Assembly (NCBI GenBank): GCA_963844035.1 | Contig: CAWJMT010000026.1 | Span: 1 to 14,206, forward strand | Source: an uncultured Gemmatimonadales bacterium | Lineage (GTDB): Bacteria > Gemmatimonadota > Gemmatimonadetes > Gemmatimonadales > GWC2-71-9 | DNA length: 14,206 nt | Reading direction: 5' to 3' | In this document: positions 1-6,905 of the stretch, piece by piece | How positions within the stretch are numbered: the stretch's first letter is position 1 | Layout of the letters: each line of letters begins with the position of its first letter | Translations under genes and position numbers: made by a program | Notes under the pieces: model-generated | Told to the model about the DNA's origin: nothing | Seen by the model: only the letters and a program-made list of their open reading frames with translations | Databases searched by the model: none

Positions 1-119
1 CCACGCATTGCTACCAAGAACCCGTTGAGCGAGGCGAGCCCGGCAAGCACCGCGAGCGCCCCTACCACGCGTCGAGAGACCGCGTCGAAGTGACCAATAT
101 TTCCACCGATTCGCGCCAT
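1..119 (-). CDS. 5' end of a gene running off the left edge; N-terminal hydrophobic segment (membrane or exported protein, function unknown)
   Basis: ATG at 119-117 preceded by AGGGGG RBS-like sequence. Open to the window edge: MARIGGNIGHFDAVSRRVVGALAVLAGLASLNGFLVAMR. Not in the ORF track because it is truncated. Confidence 0.55.
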   Translation of the reverse strand, partial: MARIGGNIGHFDAVSRRVVGALAVLAGLASLNGFLVAMR

Positions 120-245
120 TGTTCCCCCTGAGTCACGGGCCGTGTGTACCACCAATTTCCGCAGGGAAGGTGCGAGGCCCGACGCGAAACGGAGCATGAA
201 GAGCGCGTGATGATTCCTTGCGCGGCTAACGCGTGGAGACGGCGG

Positions 246-2114
246 TCATGACGGGCCTGTGCACCGTTGGAGGATCCGGAGGCGCAGCCCCGTCTCCACC
301 ATGTCCCGGTCGATGACGTCCCGGAACATCCGTGCGACGAAGGCGTAACCCCGCGGCTCGGCCGTCAGCCACCGCGACCATTCCAGCTCGTCCAGCGCCG
401 CCCCGAGTCGATTCCCTTCAAAGTTGCTACCACGCCCCAGCAGCGCGGCCGGGCTCCGGCCACCCAGAATTGCGGCGACTCTCAAGAGAGCCTGCGCATC
501 GTCACTCGCCCGGCCGAACATCACCCGGATTGCCCCGACGACGCTGTCTGGCAGATCTCCGGGAAGCGTCTCATCCAACGTGCGACCGGGTTTGGGCCAC
601 CCTTCCCGCGCTTCCCGAAGCTCGAGGCCCGCCGCCACCGCCTCGAGGAGGGCCGTCACGAGCAGTGGAATGCCGGCGGAGTCGGCGGCGACACGGCGAG
701 TCAGGCGCTGCACCTCCTCGTCCTTGTATGTCGGCTGAGTCCAGCGTGCCAGCCGGGCGATGGCCTGCTCCGAAAGCGGGGCCAGGCCGAGCACGACCCC
801 GGCGACTTCGCGGCCCAGCCGCGCCCGCACCTCGTCTACCTCTGTCCGGGCTGGATGAGACGATGTGGTGACGAGGATCGTGAGCGGCGCGGGCGGGTCC
901 CGGAGCGTGCCGAGGATCGCGAGCAACGATTCCCGATCGAGCCACTGCGCGTCGTCCAGCGTGAGGAGCAGCGGTTGCTCGTCGCACACGGCCGTCACGA
1001 CGTCGCTGAACGCCCTGGCGAGCTCCGGAGCAGCGACGTCGGCGCGGAGGGCAGCGAGCGCGGCGGGCGAGGCGCCCGCGATTCCGGGCGCGGCTAGAAG
1101 ATCGTGGTGGCACAGGCTGAGCACGCCGCTCCAGGGGGAGGACAGATCGGCCTCGACGGCGCGAATGGCGGCCGTCGCTGCGCCGTCAACCCGGGCGCGT
1201 GCGGCGACCTCTTCAGCGAGACGCGTCTTTCCAATCCCCGCGTCACCCTCAAGGATGATGACACTGCGGTGTCGCTCGGTGCGACACGCCCGCCACGCCG
1301 TGAGGGCGCGCTCGAGGGCGTCGGCCCGGCCTTCCAAGGGGGTACGGCGCCCGCGGTCGCTCTGATCCACGTGTGCGCGTGGAGTCCGTGGCGCCCGCCA
1401 GGCGCGTTCGCGCCGCACCCGTTCGGCCAGCGCGGCGGTCGCCTGATCGGGCAAGGCACCGAGCCGCGTTCCCAGCTGGGCCTTGAACACCTCGTAGCAT
1501 GACAGCGCGCTGGCGCGGTCGCCGCCAACCGCACGAACGCACATGAGCGTCCGCACGACCGGCTCAAAGAGGTCGTCCAGGCGCAACGCCCGGGTGCACA
1601 ACTCCTCGGCCTTGCTCGTGTCGCCGGCGTCGAGCACTGCGTTTGCGTGCCGCCAGAGCACGTCGAGCGAGCGCCGCCGCACGGCAGCACGCTCGGCCAG
1701 CAGCCAGTTTTCGAATTCGGAAGAGTCTGAGAGTGCAAAGCCTTCCAGGAAGTCGCCGCGGGCGAGGTCCGCCGCTCCCTCGAGCTCGCCCGCCGCGGCT
1801 AAGGACTCGAACCGATCGACGTCCAATTCCACCGACCCGGCGCCGAGGCGCACATGGTCCACATCCGTGTGCAGACTCCCTTCTCCCAAGTGGTGCCGCA
1901 ACGTGCTGAGCGCCACGTTCAGCGATCGGCGGGCGTCATGCTCCGGCTTGTCCGCCCAGAGAAGACCGATCAAATGGTTCCTGGTGCGGCTTCGTTTGGG
2001 AGAGCGGGCGAGATATATCAGCAGCCCGAAGTTCTTTTTCCAGGTGAGATCGGACGACGGCGCCTGGCCGTCCACCTTCAATTCCCAGGTACCCAGCGTG
2101 CGGCACTCGATCAC
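246..2114 (-). CDS. SARP/AfsR-like transcriptional activator: winged helix + BTAD + STAND/AAA ATPase (about 622 aa)
   Basis: Winged helix (LLIYLARSPKRSRTRNHLIGLLWADKPEHDARRSLNVALSTLR); BTAD (LDVDRFE...RGDFLEGF...FENWLLAER); Walker A GDAGIGKT; Walker B LLLTLDDAQWLD; AGIPL motif. Start moved from 2252 to GTG 2114 (VIECRTLG, a typical family start, with GAGGG upstream). Confidence 0.9.
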   Translation of the reverse strand: MIECRTLGTWELKVDGQAPSSDLTWKKNFGLLIYLARSPKRSRTRNHLIGLLWADKPEHDARRSLNVALSTLRHHLGEGSLHTDVDHVRLGAGSVELDVDRFESLAAAGELEGAADLARGDFLEGFALSDSSEFENWLLAERAAVRRRSLDVLWRHANAVLDAGDTSKAEELCTRALRLDDLFEPVVRTLMCVRAVGGDRASALSCYEVFKAQLGTRLGALPDQATAALAERVRRERAWRAPRTPRAHVDQSDRGRRTPLEGRADALERALTAWRACRTERHRSVIILEGDAGIGKTRLAEEVAARARVDGAATAAIRAVEADLSSPWSGVLSLCHHDLLAAPGIAGASPAALAALRADVAAPELARAFSDVVTAVCDEQPLLLTLDDAQWLDRESLLAILGTLRDPPAPLTILVTTSSHPARTEVDEVRARLGREVAGVVLGLAPLSEQAIARLARWTQPTYKDEEVQRLTRRVAADSAGIPLLVTALLEAVAAGLELREAREGWPKPGRTLDETLPGDLPDSVVGAIRVMFGRASDDAQALLRVAAILGGRSPAALLGRGSNFEGNRLGAALDELEWSRWLTAEPRGYAFVARMFRDVIDRDMVETGLRLRILQRCTGPS

Positions 2115-2150
2115 GGTGAGAGCACCCTCAGCGAGTTCCGGAGGGAGACA

Positions 2151-2156
2151 ATCATA
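2151..2156 (-). promoter_or_regulatory. Putative -10 element (TATGAT) for the SARP-like regulator gene
   Basis: Near-consensus sigma70 -10 located 36 nt upstream of GTG 2114. No convincing -35. Confidence 0.4.
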
Positions 2157-2189
2157 CGACCGCGAACGAGGGCCAGCCAGCGGGGCGTT

Positions 2190-2224
2190 CGCTTTACTCC
2201 AGCTTGACTCCTGCAGCGGACCTT
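2190..2224 (+). promoter_or_regulatory. Putative SARP-dependent promoter of the EEP gene
   Basis: cgc-TTTACTC(2193-2199)-cagc-TTGACTC(2204-2210)-8 nt-GACCTT(2219-2224). 11-bp period; same layout upstream of 6329 and 13974. Confidence 0.55.
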
Positions 2225-2272
2225 GGGCGCGTCCCTCAAAACAGACTCGCACAAACTCGCAAGGAGGCTCAC

Positions 2273-3424
2273 ATGGCTAGGGCAGTCATTAGCGTCGCCG
2301 CGGCACTCATCGTTCTCGGCTGTGACGCTCAGCAGGTGACAGGTCCGGTATCGCCGGGCGGGGCTGATGTCACCGCCAACCGGTCGGCTGCCGATGAGTC
2401 CCGGATAGGGACGCCCGGTGTCACGGCGCTGACCTGGAATGTCTATGTCGGGGCGGAAGTGGAACGCGTCCTCCAGGCGCGGACACCCGACGAAGCCGTG
2501 GCGATCGCCACGCAGCAATGGGCGAACGTCCGCGCCACCAATTTCCCCGCACGCGCTGGACGCATCGCGGCGGCAATCGCCGCGCGGCATCCCGAGCTCG
2601 TGGGCCTTCAGGAGGTGGCGCTCTACCGGACCACCGACCGGCCGTTCGAGGAGCTCGCAACGCATGTCGCCTATGACTTCCTTCAGATCGTGATGGATTC
2701 GCTCACAGCGCGCGGACTCCACTACCGGGCCGCGGCAATGGATCGAACGACCGACATCCAGGTGCCGGTGATCGCCGGATTCGACTCGTCGGGCAGCCCA
2801 ATCCTGGCGGGCGTGCGGTTCACCGATGGCGATGCCGTCCTGGTGCGTGGTGACGTCCCCTTCACGCATCCTCGATCCGGCGTGTACGTCGCGCACCAGA
2901 CGGTGTCCATCGGCGGCGTCACGACGGGCGTGTACCAGGGCTGGAGCTCGGTGGAAGCATTGCTCGACGGTCGGACGTACCGGTTCGTCGTCACGCATCT
3001 GGCCGGTCAGGACGTGCAGAGCACGCAGCTGGCGCAGACCGCCGAGCTCATCTCTCTGCTCCGCGGTGAGGCTCGGCCGACGATTCTCGTCGGCGACTTC
3101 AATTCCGATGCGTATGGCGCCGATCCCACCCACGCGACGCCAACGTACCCGACGCTGCGCGCCGCCGGATATTCGGACAGCTGGATCGAGCCGGAGCAGC
3201 GAGACCCTGGGCTCACCTGCGGCGCACAGCCGGACCTCCTCAACGCGCGCCGGACGTTCGATCAGCGCATCGATTTCATCTTCACGCGGAACCTGCCTCG
3301 GCGCGCTGACGCGGTGCGTCGAGAAGTCGTGGGTGATCGCATCGTTGATCGCCGCGCAGGGTTGTGGCCGTCCGACCATGCCGGCGTCGTCGCAACGTTC
3401 CTGGCGCCGAATCGGGGCAAGTAG
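2273..3424 (+). CDS. Endonuclease/exonuclease/phosphatase (EEP) family lipoprotein (383 aa)
   Basis: AAGGAGG RBS before ATG 2273. Signal peptide with lipobox VLGC (Cys17). EEP motifs LTWNV, LVGLQEV, VVTHL, ILVGDFN, RIDFIF, PSDH. Confidence 0.9.
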   Translation: MARAVISVAAALIVLGCDAQQVTGPVSPGGADVTANRSAADESRIGTPGVTALTWNVYVGAEVERVLQARTPDEAVAIATQQWANVRATNFPARAGRIAAAIAARHPELVGLQEVALYRTTDRPFEELATHVAYDFLQIVMDSLTARGLHYRAAAMDRTTDIQVPVIAGFDSSGSPILAGVRFTDGDAVLVRGDVPFTHPRSGVYVAHQTVSIGGVTTGVYQGWSSVEALLDGRTYRFVVTHLAGQDVQSTQLAQTAELISLLRGEARPTILVGDFNSDAYGADPTHATPTYPTLRAAGYSDSWIEPEQRDPGLTCGAQPDLLNARRTFDQRIDFIFTRNLPRRADAVRREVVGDRIVDRRAGLWPSDHAGVVATFLAPNRGK

Positions 3425-3452
3425 GACGTGCATGCGCTCGGCTGCCGGCTGT

Positions 3453-3481
3453 TTGACTTTCCCGTGCGCGGCGGGGAAGTT
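3453..3481 (+). promoter_or_regulatory. Putative sigma70-like promoter for the kinase, overlapping an inverted repeat
   Basis: TTGACT(3453-3458)-17 nt-GAAGTT(3476-3481). Inverted repeat ACTTTCCCG(3456-3464)/CGGGGAAGT(3472-3480) with one G-T pair. Confidence 0.35.
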
Positions 3482-3499
3482 CTGAGTCCGAGGTGAGTC

Positions 3500-6262
3500 G
3501 TGTCGCCCTTCTTCGAGCGCCTCCGCGCGGCGTTAGCACCGGACTATGAGCTGCTTCAGGAGCTTGGAAGCGGCGGCATGGGGATGGTGTACCTCGCCCG
3601 GGAGGTCGCCCTCGATCGCCCGGTGGCCGTCAAGGCGCTCAGGCCCGAGCTCGTCACAGCCGAGGGCGTCACGCGATTTGTGCGCGAGGCCCAGCTCCTC
3701 TCGAAGCTGCGCCATCCGAACATCGTCGTCGTGCACAAGGTCGACAAGCGGGACGGCCTCCATTTCTATGTGATGGAGCAGCTCGACGGTGACACGTTGC
3801 AGCGCCGTCTCGAGACGCAGGGTCGCCTGACGCACGATGAGGCCCGCAAGCTCGGGCGCGATCTCCTCGAGGCGCTCGACGTGGTGCACCGGCTGGGCGT
3901 GATCCACCGCGACGTCAAACCTTCCAACTTGTTCGTGATCGGCCGTCGTGCCGTGCTGACCGACTTCGGCATCGCCAAGCAGGCGACGGGCAACGGGCTT
4001 ACCGACCCATGGTTCACACCCGGGACAGCGGCGTATATGGCTCCGGAACTGTTTCGCCCAGTCGGAGGGGCGGGGCTACTTCGCCGGGTCGAAGCGAACG
4101 AACGGACAGACACATACGCCGCCGCCATGGTGATCTATGAAGCGTTCACGGACCGCCGCTGGGAGAAGGGCTCGCCTCAGGCGGGCGAGTGGGCCGGTGT
4201 GCCGCGCGGCGTGGCCCGTGTGTTGCGTCGCGCCCTGGAACTCGATCCGGAGGATCGCTGGCCGGATGCGGCTTCTTTCCGACGGGCCCTATGGCGGACG
4301 CGAGTGTGGCCGTATCGCCGCAATGTCATCGGCGTAGCGCTGGTTTGCGCGGTCATCGGAGCTGTGCTGCGGCCGTTGCCGCCGTCCACAACCCTCCACC
4401 TATCTCTTCAGGTCGCTGGCGCGGCGCCGGGATTGCCAACCTGGCTCGGGGACTCGATCTCTTGTGGGCTGGCGCGGCGTCTGAGCGCCTATCCGCAGCT
4501 CTCGGCGCACTGCGCTTCGGGGTTGGCCCGCTGGTGGCCCCGCGGACGTCGCGGCCTCGACGTGCGGCCCGAGATCGAGAACGACGCCGGCCGCGCACGG
4601 GTGCGGTTGGCGAGTTCGGTCGAGGGTATCGACGGACTCGAGGTGCGGGGTGCGCCGGACCGGTGGCCCGTGCTGGCCGACAGTCTCTCCGACCTCGTCT
4701 CGGCGGTGCTCTTCGGGACGGCGAAACTGCTCGACCCCGCGATGTCGCCGCTCGTGTTGCCCAAGAACCCCGATGGGCGGTTGGCATTTCTTCGGGCCGA
4801 GCGCGCCTTCGCACAAGGGCGCTGGGGGGAGTCGCGCAGCGCGTACGCCGCCGCTGCCGCGCTCGACCCGACCTGCTGGATCTGCTATTGGCGCCACGCC
4901 GAGGTCGGTCGCTGGTTCGATTTGGCAGACGACCCGGTGGACACCGCGCGTTATCACGCCCACGTAGCCGATTTCCCGGACTATTACCAGACCTTGATCC
5001 GGTCGGAGCGGCTTCCCCAGCGGGTACGACTCGACTCGCTCGCGGCCCTCAGTCGCCGCTGGAAGGATTTCCTCTTCGGCCAGTTTCGCCTCGGCGATGA
5101 GCTGCTGCACCGCGGGCCGCTCGTTGGGCATCCCCGGCGGGAGGCCGTCGCGCTCTTGGAGAACGTCGTCAAAGTCCAGCCCCAGTTTGCGCCCGGGTTA
5201 CAGCACCTTGCGCAGGTGCGCATCGCCGATGGCGACTCGGCGGAAGCCGCGGTCGCGCTCGCTCGCGCCGAGCGCCTGAGCAGTCCGGGCGATCCGTCGT
5301 TCGCCACGCTCGCGCTCCTCGAGGTGGCCGCTGCGTGGCGGTTTCTGCCGCGCGAAGCAGCCCTGCGACGGACCGATGAGCTCGTGGCCCAAGCCAAGCA
5401 AGCGGGTATCCTCGACATCGATGCCGGGGCTCGCTTCCTGGCCGGTTATGGCAGCCCGGAGGGAGAGCTTGCGCTTGCCGAGCGGCTGTTGAGCGAGCCC
5501 GGCTTCGCGCGCTCGGCCGGCATCGCCCGCGTCCTGGCCCTGGTCGGCCTGGGACGGCCCGACACGGCGCTCGCCTTTGCCGGGATACTCGCGAAGCAGT
5601 TCCCGGACCTGGCGCTCTTCGCCACCGAGCTGGCCGCCGCCACCATTCTTTTCGACCGAGATTCGGTCCGGTACCCCACCGCGTGGCCGGCGGTGCGGGC
5701 GGCGTTGGCGCGCGACACGACCGACCGGCGAGCGATCTGGATGCTTGGGATGGTCGAGGCTGGAGGCACCCGGAGCGCGATGCACCATGAGGATGCGGCA
5801 TCACAACCGCTGGTCGAGTTGCTTCAGGCCACGACCCTGGCACAACGGGGCTATGTGGCGTTGGCGTTGGAGACCAGCGACGCGCTGACCGTCATTCCGG
5901 CCCGACGGATCACCGACCCATTCTTCCGAGCGGCATTGCACCTGCTGCGGGCTCAGTGGTATGAGCGAGCGGGACGCCCAGCCCATGCACGGTCCGAGCT
6001 CGTGTGGGCCGAAAACACCGACGTGGTCGGCTACCCCAAACGTGACCCACAACCGGCTGAAGTGGACTGGGCGTTCGCGCCGCTCGCGGCGTGGCGGCTC
6101 GGGGTCCTGCTTGAGCAGGCGGGGGGAACGCGCGACGACTTCTGCCGCGCCTATCGCACGGTCGCAAGCCGGTGGGCGGGTGGTGAACCGCGCTTCCGGA
6201 CCCGGGCGGAAACCGCTGCCCGGCGACTCGCATCGCTCGGGTGTGGGCGTGGCCCACGATGA
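3500..6262 (+). CDS. Hanks-type Ser/Thr protein kinase with a probable transmembrane segment and long TPR-like C-terminal region (920 aa)
   Basis: GTG start after GAGGTGA. Motifs LGSGGMGMVY, VAVK, FVRE, HRDVKPSN, DFG, GTAAYMAPE. Hydrophobic VIGVALVCAVIGAVL (about 4325-4369) follows RR. TPR-like helices include AERAFAQGRWGESRSAYAAAAALDP. Confidence 0.92.
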   Translation: MSPFFERLRAALAPDYELLQELGSGGMGMVYLAREVALDRPVAVKALRPELVTAEGVTRFVREAQLLSKLRHPNIVVVHKVDKRDGLHFYVMEQLDGDTLQRRLETQGRLTHDEARKLGRDLLEALDVVHRLGVIHRDVKPSNLFVIGRRAVLTDFGIAKQATGNGLTDPWFTPGTAAYMAPELFRPVGGAGLLRRVEANERTDTYAAAMVIYEAFTDRRWEKGSPQAGEWAGVPRGVARVLRRALELDPEDRWPDAASFRRALWRTRVWPYRRNVIGVALVCAVIGAVLRPLPPSTTLHLSLQVAGAAPGLPTWLGDSISCGLARRLSAYPQLSAHCASGLARWWPRGRRGLDVRPEIENDAGRARVRLASSVEGIDGLEVRGAPDRWPVLADSLSDLVSAVLFGTAKLLDPAMSPLVLPKNPDGRLAFLRAERAFAQGRWGESRSAYAAAAALDPTCWICYWRHAEVGRWFDLADDPVDTARYHAHVADFPDYYQTLIRSERLPQRVRLDSLAALSRRWKDFLFGQFRLGDELLHRGPLVGHPRREAVALLENVVKVQPQFAPGLQHLAQVRIADGDSAEAAVALARAERLSSPGDPSFATLALLEVAAAWRFLPREAALRRTDELVAQAKQAGILDIDAGARFLAGYGSPEGELALAERLLSEPGFARSAGIARVLALVGLGRPDTALAFAGILAKQFPDLALFATELAAATILFDRDSVRYPTAWPAVRAALARDTTDRRAIWMLGMVEAGGTRSAMHHEDAASQPLVELLQATTLAQRGYVALALETSDALTVIPARRITDPFFRAALHLLRAQWYERAGRPAHARSELVWAENTDVVGYPKRDPQPAEVDWAFAPLAAWRLGVLLEQAGGTRDDFCRAYRTVASRWAGGEPRFRTRAETAARRLASLGCGRGPR

Positions 6263-6267
6263 CCCTC

Positions 6268-6302
6268 CGCTTTACCCCCCCTTGATCGTGCCCTCATATC
6301 CT
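6268..6302 (+). promoter_or_regulatory. Putative SARP-dependent promoter of the Tat-lipoprotein/GMC pair
   Basis: cgc-TTTACCC(6271-6277)-cccc-TTGATCG(6282-6288)-8 nt-TATCCT(6297-6302). 6268-6285 matches 2190-2207 at 15 of 18 nt. Confidence 0.55.
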
Positions 6303-6328
6303 GCACGCGTCCCTAGAAGGAGACGCAG

Positions 6329-6890
6329 ATGCAGGCTGTCTCTCGCCGACAGGTTCTCAGCCAGCTCAGTCTGATCGCCGCCGGGCTCGCGGTGGCATGC
6401 ACGCCGCTCCGCATCCTGACGCACGCATATCCCTCCGCGTTCGACGACGATGCCATACTGCTGGACGAGGTACTCCGAGCGTTCGTCGCGGTTGTGATTC
6501 CCGGCGCGCCCGGCGACGATCCTGACCTCGTCAGAGCCTTCACCGATCGCGAGCTGCCGTTTGCCCGTTTCGCTCCGTTCTTCGGCGCCGATCTGTGCCG
6601 GCGCGCCCGGGCACGGTTCGGCGCGACGTTCCCCCGACTCGCGGCAGCCCAACGGGCCGCCATCATTCGAGATGGCCTCGCCGCCGACGGCACGACCCGC
6701 AAGCTGTACGGCAGCGCCATCGTGCTCGCCGAGGTCGCGTTCTACGCCGGGATATACGACCCGCAACAAGGGGTGCGCCCTGATCGGCTTCGAAGGCGGT
6801 CAACACTCGCGTCTCCTGACCGACATCACCCACCCCGACCCCGTGCGGTTCTTGCCCAAGGCTCTGACGGCCGACGGCAATCACGTCTGA
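6329..6890 (+). pseudogene. Tat-signal lipoprotein, probable small partner subunit of the GMC flavoprotein, interrupted by an apparent +1 frameshift near 6770-6773 (about 186 aa if repaired)
   Basis: AAGGAG RBS; twin-arginine SRRQVL; lipobox LAVAC; VIPG and FPRLAAAQRAAII resemble gluconate 2-dehydrogenase subunit-3-like proteins. After AGIYDPQQG the plausible sequence continues in the +1 frame (CALIGFEGG...ADGNHV*) and stops 15 nt before the GMC start. May be a sequencing error in an intact gene. Confidence 0.7.
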
Positions 6891-6905
6891 CCCTGCGAGG
6901 CACTC

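Noticed and set aside
246..2114. STAND ATPase as an Avs-type antiphage system, with the kinase and EEP as effectors
   Set aside because: The N-terminus is a wHTH-BTAD transcription module, no sensor repeats or nuclease effector are present, and the EEP is a predicted exported lipoprotein.
2111..3433. 440-aa minus-strand ORF and other long overlapping ORFs (267-1097, 9142-10347, 10805-12157, 12769-13941)
   Set aside because: Antisense or shifted shadows of well-supported genes, with no motifs; expected in GC-rich DNA.
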